From NCBI RefSeq assembly GCF_021054785.1, contig NZ_CP088239.1, positions 690,001-722,000 of the forward strand: 32,000 bases of DNA, written 5' to 3'. Made by a program: the position numbers and the translations under genes. Of the stretch, positions 15,971 through 25,343 are shown in pieces; position 1 is the stretch's first letter, and every line of letters begins with the position of its first letter. Source of the stretch: Tannockella kyphosi. Its GTDB lineage: Bacteria; Bacillota_I; Bacilli_A; Erysipelotrichales; Coprobacillaceae. The notes beneath the pieces were generated by a model. The model did not search any database. It worked only from the letters and a program-made list of their open reading frames with translations, and was not told where the DNA came from.

Positions 15971-16159
15971 ATGAAAAATAACGAACATAAATATTTGAGC
16001 TATGGGATAAGTTTCGGTATGTTAGCTGGAGCAACTTTAGGATTAACTATCGGTATCTTTGGATTAGCTATTGGTGCAGGCATAGGTATGTTGTTAGGCA
16101 TTGTCATTGGAACTACTATTGACCATAGTAAGAATAAAAAAGATAATGACGATAAATAA
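15971..16159 (+). CDS. small glycine-zipper membrane protein (62 aa)
   Basis: ATG at 15971 after AAGAGG. GMLAGATLGLTIGIFGLAIGAGIGMLLGIVIGTTI contains repeated GxxxG, followed by a charged tail. Confidence 0.5.
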   Translation: MKNNEHKYLSYGISFGMLAGATLGLTIGIFGLAIGAGIGMLLGIVIGTTIDHSKNKKDNDDK

Positions 16160-16294
16160 TTTCACCGTCTATTATGAGCATTGAACGGTATAAGGGATTG
16201 CTTACCCTTTTAAGTAGGCTAAGAAACATAACCTCGAAGTAACAATTTATTAGAGGTTGAGTAAATTTTATATAATGAATGGAGGACATTTTTC

Positions 16295-16687
16295 ATGGAG
16301 GATAAGAAAAAACGGATAATAGCACTTGTGTTTATAGGGTTAGCTTTTGTAAGTTGTGGTATGTTTCCGTTCGTGAACTTAACTAAAGAGAATCCAATAA
16401 GAATGGAAATTATTCAATGGGTGATAGTTGTTAATTCTATTGCATTTTATTATTATTTTGGTAAGCTTGAAGCAAAGGTGTTTTCTCAAAAGTCTATTAT
16501 ATTTGTAGCTTCGTTTAATTCAACAGCTACCTTTGTTGGGCTTGGAAGCCGATTTTTATTAGAATTTGGAGAAGTATCTAACGTTTATAATTTTACACTT
16601 CCAAATATTGTTTTACAGTTATGTGTTTCAATAACGCTAACTTGTGGAACATGGTTCTTTTATAAACGAGTTGCTGAAAAAGAATAA
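16295..16687 (+). CDS. membrane protein (130 aa, ~4 TM), unknown function
   Basis: GGAGGA RBS lies 8 nt upstream. There are four hydrophobic segments. Confidence 0.6.
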   Translation: MEDKKKRIIALVFIGLAFVSCGMFPFVNLTKENPIRMEIIQWVIVVNSIAFYYYFGKLEAKVFSQKSIIFVASFNSTATFVGLGSRFLLEFGEVSNVYNFTLPNIVLQLCVSITLTCGTWFFYKRVAEKE

Positions 16688-16771
16688 GAATCACTATGTT
16701 ACTATTATGAGCATAATAGAAACGACCACAAATAAGAGATTATAAACAAAATAACGCTAATTAGTACGCAG

Positions 16772-16800
16772 AGGACGGATCAAAGATGATTCGTCCTTTT
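16772..16800 (+). terminator. rho-independent terminator at the end of the cargo region
   Basis: AGGACGGATC pairs with GATTCGTCCT (one G-U), followed by TTTT. It is homologous to 5338-5370. Confidence 0.5.
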
Positions 16801-16829
16801 CGTATGTAAAAAACGAAAGGACAAAACCA

Positions 16830-17576
16830 ATGGCAGACAATAGAAAATATTACTACCTCAAGCTAAAAGAAAGTTATTTTGATGATGATAGTATTATCTT
16901 ACTTGAGAGTATGCAAGATGGAATACTCTATTCATATATCCTCTTGAAACTGTATTTAAAGTCGCTTAAACACGATGGCAAGCTACAACTAGATGACCAT
17001 ATCCCCTACAATGCTCAAATGATAGCAACGATTACAAGACAACAAGTAGGAACTATCGAACGAGCATTGCAGATATATGAGAAATTAGGACTTGTAGAAA
17101 TTCTTGAAGATAGCACATTTTACATGAGTAACATCGAGCTTTTTATTGGAAAATCTTCCACAGAGGGAGAACGAAAAAGACGTGCTAGAAACGGAAATAT
17201 TAAGCAAAAACAGTTAGGTGGACAAATGTCCACCCCTATCTTGGACAAATGTCCACCAGAGATAGAGAGAGAGAAAGAGATAGAGATAGAGTTAGAGAAA
17301 GAGAGAGAGTTAGAAAAGGGACATCACACACAGATTTATGGAAAATATCAAAATATTTCATTGACAGATGAAGAACTGGAGCGATTAAAACAAGAACTAC
17401 CCTCACTCTATCAAAAGTACATTGAGAAGCTAAGCGAATATATGGCAAGTACTGGCAAGACTTACAACAGCCATATTGCCACCATACGCAAATGGGCAAA
17501 GGAAGATATGGAAAAGAACGCAAACATCAAGAACGCACCACGCACCTATGAATATGACGAAAATAAGAGCCTATAA
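16830..17576 (+). CDS. phage replisome-organizer / DnaD-like replication initiator (paralog)
   Basis: The first ~140 aa differ at only 3 positions from 6354-7109 and similarity stays high to about residue 215. Only the last ~35 aa diverge. Confidence 0.75.
   Translation: MADNRKYYYLKLKESYFDDDSIILLESMQDGILYSYILLKLYLKSLKHDGKLQLDDHIPYNAQMIATITRQQVGTIERALQIYEKLGLVEILEDSTFYMSNIELFIGKSSTEGERKRRARNGNIKQKQLGGQMSTPILDKCPPEIEREKEIEIELEKERELEKGHHTQIYGKYQNISLTDEELERLKQELPSLYQKYIEKLSEYMASTGKTYNSHIATIRKWAKEDMEKNANIKNAPRTYEYDENKSL
17217..17317. repeat. palindromic repeats plus GAGA/GATA-rich tract (candidate ori, copy 2)
   Basis: GGTGGACAAATGTCCACC (17217-17234), an 8 nt gap, then GGACAAATGTCCACC (17243-17257). 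The GA-rich tract is two codons longer than in element A. Confidence 0.4.
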
Positions 17577-17595
17577 CGCAAAGGAGTATTGAAAA

Positions 17596-18435
17596 ATGGA
17601 GAAATATATTAAAACCGTAGTAAATGGCATAGAAAAGGCAAATAGCGAACCTACGGACTATCTGAATGAGGTTGATAGCCTTATGTATTGTGGTAAATGC
17701 CACACACCCAAACAAAAACGATTTGACAAGCCATTTATTGATGGGAAAGATACAGTGCCTATCCCTTGTGAGTGTCGTTCCAAGGAAATTGAAGAAGAAC
17801 GCAGACAAGAGGATTTAAGAAAACATTATCAGACAGTAGACCGACTTCGTTCGCAAGGTATCAGAGATAAAAAGATATTGGAGTGGATATTTGACAATGA
17901 TACCACCCAAAGCAAGCAGATTGATATTGCAAAAGGATATGTTGCTAATTTCGAGCATATCAAGGCAAACAATGTTGGTATGCTACTATGGGGAAATATT
18001 GGTACTGGTAAAAGTTTTGTCGCTGGGTGCATTGCCAATGCACTGATCGACAAGGAAATATCCGTATGCGTTACGAACTTTGGAACTATCCTTGCTGATA
18101 TGATGAACTTGAAAATAGATAAAAACGAATATATCCAAAGGTTAAATCGAAACAGCCTACTCATTATTGATGATTTTGGAATGGAACGAGATACCTCATT
18201 TGCCTTAGAACAGATTTATAACGTCATAGACAGCCGTTATATCGCTTCTAAGCCCTTAATCGTGACAACTAACCTATCTCTATCAGAAATGCAAGACAAG
18301 AGCGTACAGATCGATTACAGACGCATATACGACCGAGTGCTAGAGATGTGCGTGCCTATCTTCTTCGAGGGCGAGAGCAAACGCAAGGACAGAGCAACCG
18401 AAAAATTGAATAAACTGAAAGAAATCTTAGGCTAA
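17596..18435 (+). CDS. DnaC/IstB-like AAA+ ATPase with N-terminal Cys4 zinc ribbon (paralog)
   Basis: CGKC...CEC, GNIGTGKS, LLIIDDFGMER. Confidence 0.8.
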   Translation: MEKYIKTVVNGIEKANSEPTDYLNEVDSLMYCGKCHTPKQKRFDKPFIDGKDTVPIPCECRSKEIEEERRQEDLRKHYQTVDRLRSQGIRDKKILEWIFDNDTTQSKQIDIAKGYVANFEHIKANNVGMLLWGNIGTGKSFVAGCIANALIDKEISVCVTNFGTILADMMNLKIDKNEYIQRLNRNSLLIIDDFGMERDTSFALEQIYNVIDSRYIASKPLIVTTNLSLSEMQDKSVQIDYRRIYDRVLEMCVPIFFEGESKRKDRATEKLNKLKEILG

Positions 18436-18476
18436 TGGCTTTTATTGACTACAAAATCAGTAAGAGCCATTTTTTT
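18434..18476 (+). terminator. rho-independent terminator (copy of 7966-8008)
   Basis: Same stem and T-run, at an offset of 10468 nt. Confidence 0.5.
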
Positions 18477-18505
18477 ATGCCCAAATTTAGAAAGGAGCAG
18501 ACTAT

Positions 18506-18685
18506 ATGACAGAACAAACAGCAAAACCAGTGACCACTTCTCCCCCACAAGGTACATTCTCCCATAAAATTGGTGGAATTACCTACAACGTCAATGTGCA
18601 TTTCAATCAAAAGACTAGCGAAACACTAGCTGATAAAATCAAGCGAATGGTATTAGCTGATTGTGATAATTACAAGAAAATTTAG
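18506..18685 (+). CDS. tnpW: TnpW-family small protein (59 aa, not in ORF track)
   Basis: MTEQTAKPVTTSPPQGTFSHKIGGITYNVNVHFNQKTSETLADKIKRMVLADCDNYKKI. It is the last gene before the right end of element B. Confidence 0.7.
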   Translation: MTEQTAKPVTTSPPQGTFSHKIGGITYNVNVHFNQKTSETLADKIKRMVLADCDNYKKI

Positions 18686-18720
18686 CTTAGTGATTAAAAA
18701 GCCCTTGACAATTAGCATCG

Positions 18721-19539
18721 GGTAAAACAGCAAAGTCAATTCTTATTTCATGTGGTGCAAGACTTGCTCCATTTGATATAAAAGAATTACGAGATGTTAC
18801 AGAATATGATGAATTGGAATTAGATAAATTAGGTGATGAAAAAACAGCACTCTTTATCATCATTAGTGATACCGATGCTACGTTCAACTTTCTTGTATCC
18901 ATGTGCTATACCCAACTGTTCAATCTACTTTGTGATAAAGCTGATGATGTATATGGTGGTAGGCTTCCAATTCATGTGCGTTGCTTGATTGATGAATGTG
19001 CCAATATTGGACAGATACCAAACTTAGAAAAGTTAATGGCAACGATCCGTTCTCGTGAGATTTCAGCTTGTCTTGTATTGCAGGCACAGTCACAATTAAA
19101 AGCCTTGTATAAGGATAATAGTGACACAATAATCGGCAACTGCGATAGCATGGTTTTCTTGGGTGGTAAGGAAAAAACAACACTCAAAGATTTAACGGAA
19201 ACAATGGGAAAAGAAACCATTGATAGTTACAACACTTCTGATACAAGAGGTACACAACGAAGTTATGGATTGAATTATCAGAAGCTTGGTAAAGAGCTAA
19301 TGAGTATGGATGAACTAGCTGTTATGGATGGTGGAAAATGCGTTCTTCAGCTTAGAGGTGTTCGACCATTCTTTAGCAACAAATACGATATTACCAAGCA
19401 CCCTAATTACAAGTATTTATCTGATTTTGATAAGAGAAATACCTTTGACATAGAGAAGTTTTTATCAACAAAACTAAAGCTCAAAGCAAATGATGTTTTT
19501 GAAAGTTACGATTTGCAAAACTTAGAAACACAGCAATAA
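18721..19539 (+). pseudogene. VirD4/TraG-like coupling protein, C-terminal fragment
   Basis: The frame is open from 18709 (same frame class as 8239-8673). It reads GKTAKSILISCGARLAPFDI..., with Walker B-like IHVRCLIDECANIG and a conserved tail SMVFLGGKEKTTLKDL. There is no start codon or RBS of its own. Confidence 0.8.
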
Positions 19540-19614
19540 ACACTACTTTATGGTGGCGTTTTTTATATATAACTAAATTTTAAGGGGGTGATGCCTATGA
19601 TTGTATAGGCTTTT

Positions 19615-19642
19615 GCTACTGTCTACGGATAGTAGCTTTTTT
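19615..19642 (+). terminator. rho-independent terminator after the T4CP gene
   Basis: GCTACTGTC pairs with GATAGTAGC around a 4-nt loop, followed by TTTTTT. Confidence 0.55.
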
Positions 19643-19699
19643 AATGCAAACTTTTAAACAAACAACTAAAAACAAATAAAATTATGGAGGAAATAAATT

Positions 19700-19912
19700 A
19701 TGGCATTTTTTACACAAGCAGTTACAGTATTACAAACATTAGTTATCGCACTTGGTGCAGGTCTTGGTATTTGGGGTGTTATCAACTTACTAGAAGGTTA
19801 TGGTAATGATAATCCCGGTGCAAAGTCACAAGGTATGAAACAACTCATGGCTGGTGGTGGCGTAGCACTTATCGGCACAACACTTGTACCAATTTTAAGC
19901 ACATTATTTTAA
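19700..19912 (+). CDS. Maff2-family small membrane protein
   Basis: 70 aa, two TM helices. It has the motif NLLEGYGNDNPGAKSQGMKQLMAGGG and a GGAGG RBS. Confidence 0.75.
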   Translation: MAFFTQAVTVLQTLVIALGAGLGIWGVINLLEGYGNDNPGAKSQGMKQLMAGGGVALIGTTLVPILSTLF

Positions 19913-19923
19913 GGTAAGACTAT

Positions 19924-20787
19924 ATGGACTCAATCCTAGAAGCAATCAATGAGTGGATGCAGGCTCTGCTCATTGACGGCATTATGGGTAATGTTGAGGG
20001 GATGTTCGATACAGTAAATGCAGAAGTTAGCAGTGTAGCAAGTCAAGTAGGAATGACACCATCGGCATGGAACAGTGGTGTCTTTTCCTTGATCCAAAAC
20101 TTATCGAATTCCGTTATCATGCCTATTGCCGGACTAATTTTAACATTTGTTATGACCTACGAGCTTATACAAATGATTATCGACAGAAATAATTTAAACG
20201 ACTTTCCACCGTCTGATATTTTCAAGTGGATTATGAAAACCTTTATTGCAGTTACGATTGTGACCAATACATTCCCGATAGTAATGGGAATATTTGATGT
20301 ATCACAAAGTGTGGTTAATAGTGCAGCAGGAGTAATTATCACCGATACCAGTGTTAGTGTAGATAATTTAGATACCTTTAGAACTTCTTTAGAAGCTATG
20401 AATATAGGTGCTTTACTCGGCTTGTATTTACAAAGTTTCTTAATTGGTTTTTGTATGAACATTTTGACTATTTGCATTTTCATTATTGTGTATGGTCGTA
20501 TGATTGAAATTTATCTTATGACTTCTCTTGCTCCAATTCCACTTGCTACCATGACTTGCAAAGAATGGAATATCGGACAAAATTATATTAAATCTATGCT
20601 TGCACTAGCATTCCAAGCATTCCTCATTATGGTATGTATTGGTATCTATGCTGTTCTCGTGCAGTCTATTGTAATTAGTGGTGAACCATTTGCTGCTATA
20701 TGGACTTGTGTAGGTTATACAGTCTTACTTTGCTTTGCACTTTTCAAGACTGGAACACTATCAAAAACAATTTTCTCAGCACATTAA
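19924..20787 (+). CDS. VirB6/TrbL-like polytopic T4SS membrane protein (CD1112-type)
   Basis: 287 aa, about 6 TM helices. Its position between Maff2 and PrgI is typical for this ICE family. Confidence 0.7.
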   Translation: MDSILEAINEWMQALLIDGIMGNVEGMFDTVNAEVSSVASQVGMTPSAWNSGVFSLIQNLSNSVIMPIAGLILTFVMTYELIQMIIDRNNLNDFPPSDIFKWIMKTFIAVTIVTNTFPIVMGIFDVSQSVVNSAAGVIITDTSVSVDNLDTFRTSLEAMNIGALLGLYLQSFLIGFCMNILTICIFIIVYGRMIEIYLMTSLAPIPLATMTCKEWNIGQNYIKSMLALAFQAFLIMVCIGIYAVLVQSIVISGEPFAAIWTCVGYTVLLCFALFKTGTLSKTIFSAH

Positions 20788-20800
20788 GGAGGTGTAAACA

Positions 20801-21238
20801 ATGGCTTATGTGCCAATCCCAAAAGATTTATCTAATGTCAAAACGAAGGTCATGTTTAACCTTACGAAACGACAACTTATATGCTTTTCTATTGCAGGTG
20901 TAGTAGGAGTACCAGTCTTTTTTCTTACGAAAGACTTTGTAGGGACAAGTACAGCAGTTTTACTTATGATGTTTGTCATGTTCCCTATGTTCATGTTTGC
21001 AATGTATGAAAAGCACAACCAACCCTTGGAAGTTATCCTAAAAAACTATTACAATGTAAGATTTGCAAACCCTAAAAAACGACCTTACATGACGGATAAT
21101 TTCTATAACATTTTAGAAAGGCAAGACAAACTAGATAAGGAGGTAACAGAAATTGTCAAACAACAAAAAACGCAAACTAACTCGTGCAGAACAAAAACAT
21201 CTAAATCAAGCACTAGAAAGAGCAAGAAACAAGCCTAA
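20801..21238 (+). CDS. PrgI-family (VirB3-like) membrane protein
   Basis: MAYVPIPKDLSNVKTKVMFNLTKRQLICF followed by two TM helices. The 3' end overlaps the virB4-like start by 86 nt. Confidence 0.75.
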   Translation: MAYVPIPKDLSNVKTKVMFNLTKRQLICFSIAGVVGVPVFFLTKDFVGTSTAVLLMMFVMFPMFMFAMYEKHNQPLEVILKNYYNVRFANPKKRPYMTDNFYNILERQDKLDKEVTEIVKQQKTQTNSCRTKTSKSSTRKSKKQA

Positions 21239-23543
21239 AGGTGTGAAATCAGCACAAGACTCTATTCCATTTGATAGAATGTTTACAGATGGAATTTGTC
21301 GTGTGACAGATACCTTATATACTAAGACATTGCAATTTTCAGATATTAACTATCAGATTGCTCAAAATGAGGATAAGACAGCTATCTTTGATGGGTGGTG
21401 TGATTTTCTCAACTACTTTGATAGCTCCATTAAATTTCAGCTATCTTTTGTAAATAGCACAGCAAGTATTCGTGAATATGAAAACAGTATTTTCATTGCT
21501 CCACAAAAAGATGAATTTGATAGTATCAGAACTGAATATGCAGATATGCTACACAATCAACTCTCTCGTGGTAACAATGGACTTACAAAAACAAAATATC
21601 TAACCTTTGGTATTGATGCTGAAAATATCAAAATTGCCAAACCTCGATTAGAACGAATTGAAAATGACTTGAAAAATCAGTTTAAGAAATTAGGGGTACG
21701 CACCTACTCTTTGAATGGGAAAGAACGATTGAAGTTATTCCATAATATTCTTAGAATGGATGGCAACGAGCCTTTTTTCTTTGACTGGAAATGGCTTGCT
21801 CCAAGTGGCTTGAATGTCAAAGATTTTATTGCTCCGTCCTCATTTGAGTTTAAAGATAAGCATACATTTAAAACTGGAGATAAAGTTGCAACAGCATCAT
21901 TTTTACAAGTGTTAGCTCCCGAACTCAATGATCGTGTATTATCCGACTTCCTAGAAATCGAAAGTAATTTAGTTTGTACCATGCACATTCAGTCGCTAGA
22001 CCAAATGAAAGCTATTAAGACAGTCAAGCGAAAACTGACGGATTTGCAACGTATGAAAATTGAGGAACAGAAAAAAGCTGTTAGATCGGGATATGATATG
22101 GATATTTTACCAACAGACCTTGCTACTTATGGTGTGGAAGCGAACAAAATCCTTGCCGACTTACAAAGTAGGAATGAAAGAATGTTCCTTATCACATTTA
22201 CCATTGTCAACTCAGCGAATGACAAGAAAACACTTGATAACACCATGCTACAAGCAAGTGGTATTGCCAACAAACATAACTGTCAACTTATTAAACTTGA
22301 TTATCAGCAGGAGCAAGGCTTTATGTCCTCACTTCCATTGGGACAAAACCTTATCCCTATTCAACGAAGTTTGACAACCACAAGCACAGCAATCTTTGTT
22401 CCATTTACAACGCAGGAGTTGTTCCAATCGGGTGGCGAAGCACTTTACTATGGTTTAAATGCTCTATCTAATAATCTTATCATGGTGGATAGAAAACAAC
22501 TGAAAAACCCGAATGGACTTATCTTAGGTACTCCCGGTGCAGGTAAATCATTCTCAGCCAAGCGAGAAATTACCAATGTATTTCTGATTACAAATGATGA
22601 TATTATCGTGTGTGATCCCGAAGGAGAATATTTCTCATTGGTACAGCGATTAAATGGACAGGTTATTAAAATCTCACCCACAAGTAACCAATATATTAAC
22701 CCAATGGATATTAATCTTAACTATTCCGAAGATGACTCACCACTTGCATTAAAAAGTGATTTTATTCTTTCTCTTTGTGAGCTGATCGTTGGAGGGAAAG
22801 ACGGATTGACACCAGTAGAAAAATCAATCATTGACCGATGTGTAACCAGTATTTACACCGAATACCTTGCTGATCCTAACCCTATTAAAATGCCTATCTT
22901 AGAAGATTTATATAATGCTCTTGGCAAGCAGGAAGAAAAAGAAGCAAAGCATATTCGTTCTGCTCTTGAAATCTATGTTACTGGTAGCTTAAATGTATTT
23001 AATCATCGTACCAATGTAGATATTGAAAATCGTCTTGTGTGTTTCGATATTAAGGAACTTGGTAAACAGCTTAAAAAATTAGGTATGCTCATTGTACAAG
23101 ACCAAGTTTGGAATAGAGTTACCAAAAATAGAGCTGAAAAGAAATCTACTCGCTACTATATGGATGAGTTCCATTTGCTCCTAAAAGAAGAACAAACAGC
23201 AGCATACAGTGTTGAGATTTGGAAACGATTTAGAAAATGGGGTGGTATTCCGACAGCTATTACACAAAATGTTAAAGACCTTTTATCTTCACGAGAAGTT
23301 GAGAATATCTTTGAAAACTCTGACTTTGTGTATATGCTTAATCAAGCAGCAGGCGATAGAGAAATTCTTGCAAAGCAACTAAATATTTCATCACATCAAC
23401 TTTCTTATGTAACTGGTAGTGGTGTTGGTGAAGGACTTCTGTTTTACGGAAATGTTATCTTGCCTTTTGTAGATAAGTTCCCACAAGATACAGAGCTTTA
23501 CAAGATTATGACCACAAAGTTGGTTGAAACCTCAGTAGAATAG
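21153..23543 (+). CDS. VirB4-like conjugative transfer ATPase (CD1110-type)
   Basis: TTG start lies 9 nt after TAAGGAGG. 796 aa, with Walker A GTPGAGKS and Walker B-like YYMDEFH. Confidence 0.9.
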   Translation: MSNNKKRKLTRAEQKHLNQALERARNKPKGVKSAQDSIPFDRMFTDGICRVTDTLYTKTLQFSDINYQIAQNEDKTAIFDGWCDFLNYFDSSIKFQLSFVNSTASIREYENSIFIAPQKDEFDSIRTEYADMLHNQLSRGNNGLTKTKYLTFGIDAENIKIAKPRLERIENDLKNQFKKLGVRTYSLNGKERLKLFHNILRMDGNEPFFFDWKWLAPSGLNVKDFIAPSSFEFKDKHTFKTGDKVATASFLQVLAPELNDRVLSDFLEIESNLVCTMHIQSLDQMKAIKTVKRKLTDLQRMKIEEQKKAVRSGYDMDILPTDLATYGVEANKILADLQSRNERMFLITFTIVNSANDKKTLDNTMLQASGIANKHNCQLIKLDYQQEQGFMSSLPLGQNLIPIQRSLTTTSTAIFVPFTTQELFQSGGEALYYGLNALSNNLIMVDRKQLKNPNGLILGTPGAGKSFSAKREITNVFLITNDDIIVCDPEGEYFSLVQRLNGQVIKISPTSNQYINPMDINLNYSEDDSPLALKSDFILSLCELIVGGKDGLTPVEKSIIDRCVTSIYTEYLADPNPIKMPILEDLYNALGKQEEKEAKHIRSALEIYVTGSLNVFNHRTNVDIENRLVCFDIKELGKQLKKLGMLIVQDQVWNRVTKNRAEKKSTRYYMDEFHLLLKEEQTAAYSVEIWKRFRKWGGIPTAITQNVKDLLSSREVENIFENSDFVYMLNQAAGDREILAKQLNISSHQLSYVTGSGVGEGLLFYGNVILPFVDKFPQDTELYKIMTTKLVETSVE

Positions 23544-23553
23544 GTGGTGTTCT

Positions 23554-25323
23554 ATGAAGCGAAAATCAAGGCTACAATTTACCGAAGAAGAGCGTGCTGA
23601 TCCATTCCTTGAAAAAGCTATTCATAAATCTGAAAAAATGGCTGATAAATTGGATAAAGCACACGCAAATATCCCTAAAAAGAAAATAAAAGTTAAACAA
23701 CGCACTTTTGATGAAGCTACTGGCAAAACAAAGGTGCGTTTGCATTTTGAGGAAGTTGACAAAGTGAAACCACCCTCAAAGCTCACACATATCGCAAATC
23801 AATCTCCAACTGTTGCTTTGCAGTCTAATGTGCATAGTAAAATGAGTGAATATGAAAACGATAATGTGAGCGTAGAAGCAGCACATAAAGCAGAACAAGC
23901 AGGTGAATTTTCAGCAAGACAAGTACAAAACAGTTATCATAGCCAAAAGTTAAAACCTTATCGAGAACACGCAAAGGCTGAAAGAAAATCGGCAAATGCT
24001 GATGTTGACTATTTATACAAAAAGAAAATGCAAGAAAATCCCAATGCAACAACCAATTCTATTTCTAAATGGCAACAAAAACGAGCTATTAAAAAAGAGT
24101 ATCTTGCTAGTCAAGGTGGGAAAAAGACAGCACAACAAACTGCAAGTGCTACAACAAGTGCTGTGAAAAAAGGTGCAGACAAAGTTGTTCAAGCTGTGGG
24201 TGCTGTATTAAAAGATCCAAAAGTGCTATTGATTATATTAGCTATTCTTCTAGTAGCAGGTTTAATTGGTGCTATGGTTTCTTCGGTATCATTGGTGTTT
24301 CAAGGTGCAATTTCCAATACAGTTTCAACTTCTTACACTTCTGATGATGCAGAACTAATTGCTACTAATGATAACTACACAGCTCTTGAAAGTAATTTGC
24401 AGTTACAGATAAACAACATAGAAACGGATTATCCCGATTATGACGAATATCGTTATGACTTAGATAACATTGCACATGATCCACATCAACTTGCATCGTA
24501 TCTTACAGCAGTTTTTCAGACATTTACAGCGAGTGAAGTGCAAAGTCAAATTGAGCAAATATTTAATAGCCAGTACACCTTAACTCTTATTCAAGAAATT
24601 GAAGTTCGATACCGAACAGAAACAAGAACTGGAACGAATACTACCATAGATGATTATGGAAATATCATAGTGGAAACCTACGAATATGAAGTCGAAGTTC
24701 CTTATGACTATTATATTTTAAATGTCACTCTTGAAAATATTGGGATTGATAGTATTGCTAATAGCTCACTCTCTAGTTCTGAACTTGAAATGTACAATGT
24801 TTACCTAGAAACGAGTGGTAACAAACCTTTGTTGTTTGGTGGTGGCTCTAGTGATGGAACTCCGTCCACAGATTTAAGTGGGGTTGTATTTGTTGATGGT
24901 GTACGAACTGGTAATCAAGATATTGTAGATATTGCATTAGCACAAGTTGGCAATGTTGGCGGACAGCCTTATTGGTCTTGGTATGGCTTTAGCAGTCGTG
25001 TGGAATGGTGTGCTTGCTTTGTTTCTTGGACATTAAATCAAGCAGGTTATAGCGAGCCTAAATTTGCAGCTTGTCAAAGTCAAGGTGTTCCATACTTTAG
25101 TTCCAATGGCAGATGGGCAGACAGTAGTTATGAAGATATTGCTCCGGGTGATGTAATCTTCTTTGACTGGGATGGAGATGGAAGTGCAAACCATGTGGGT
25201 ATCGTTATCGGTACAGACGGAAGTCGTTTATATACTGTTGAGGGCAATTCGGGTGATGCTTGCAAAATAAAAGATTATGACTTAAATAGTTCCGTCATCA
25301 TGGGATACGGACTAATGAATTAA
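23554..25323 (+). CDS. membrane-anchored cell-wall hydrolase with C-terminal CHAP/NlpC-P60 domain (VirB1 analogue, CD1108-type)
   Basis: Central TM segment VLLIILAILLVAGLIGAMV. The C-terminus has a catalytic Cys context (VEWCACFVSW) and His (ANHVGIVIG...YTVEGNSG). Confidence 0.8.
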   Translation: MKRKSRLQFTEEERADPFLEKAIHKSEKMADKLDKAHANIPKKKIKVKQRTFDEATGKTKVRLHFEEVDKVKPPSKLTHIANQSPTVALQSNVHSKMSEYENDNVSVEAAHKAEQAGEFSARQVQNSYHSQKLKPYREHAKAERKSANADVDYLYKKKMQENPNATTNSISKWQQKRAIKKEYLASQGGKKTAQQTASATTSAVKKGADKVVQAVGAVLKDPKVLLIILAILLVAGLIGAMVSSVSLVFQGAISNTVSTSYTSDDAELIATNDNYTALESNLQLQINNIETDYPDYDEYRYDLDNIAHDPHQLASYLTAVFQTFTASEVQSQIEQIFNSQYTLTLIQEIEVRYRTETRTGTNTTIDDYGNIIVETYEYEVEVPYDYYILNVTLENIGIDSIANSSLSSSELEMYNVYLETSGNKPLLFGGGSSDGTPSTDLSGVVFVDGVRTGNQDIVDIALAQVGNVGGQPYWSWYGFSSRVEWCACFVSWTLNQAGYSEPKFAACQSQGVPYFSSNGRWADSSYEDIAPGDVIFFDWDGDGSANHVGIVIGTDGSRLYTVEGNSGDACKIKDYDLNSSVIMGYGLMN

Positions 25324-25343
25324 AGAAAGGCAGGTTTTATTAG

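Larger units (their letters stand above)
8673..18722 (+). mobile_element. Tn4451-like serine-recombinase integrative mobilizable element B (complete, ~10.05 kb)
   Basis: Left junction is GCAGCAGG|GGATATAAACTG. Right junction is TTAGCATCGGG|TAAAACAGC. Removing 10050 nt (a multiple of 3) joins ..KLAAG to KTAKSILISCGARLAPFD in frame. The ends show imperfect dyad symmetry (ACAnTTnnnATC). Confidence 0.7.

Noticed and set aside
14897-15988. N-terminal extension of the IS-associated integrase (363 aa in track), and the 15863 start of the glycine-zipper ORF
   Set aside because: The extensions overlap each other on opposite strands and lack an RBS. The internal starts (15793 minus strand, 15971 plus strand) have AAGGAG and AAGAGG sites.
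13567-16262. Inverted 8-mer AGGTTGAG/CTCAACCT (about 13568 and 16252) as IS terminal inverted repeats
   Set aside because: A single 8-mer match is expected by chance in 32 kb, and IS91-family elements do not have classical inverted repeats.
1-18722. A and B as an assembly artefact or simple tandem duplication
   Set aside because: The recombinases, the post-recombinase gene, the cargo and the insertion positions within the T4CP gene all differ, and the shared blocks are 80-97 percent identical rather than 100 percent. Misassembly across the 2 kb repeat cannot be fully excluded without reads.
20801-21238. 86-nt overlap of prgI-like and virB4-like ORFs as a possible frameshift or fusion
   Set aside because: The virB4-like TTG at 21153 has an excellent TAAGGAGG RBS and both ORFs are otherwise intact. 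The overlap is more simply a long PrgI tail, so nothing needs repair.
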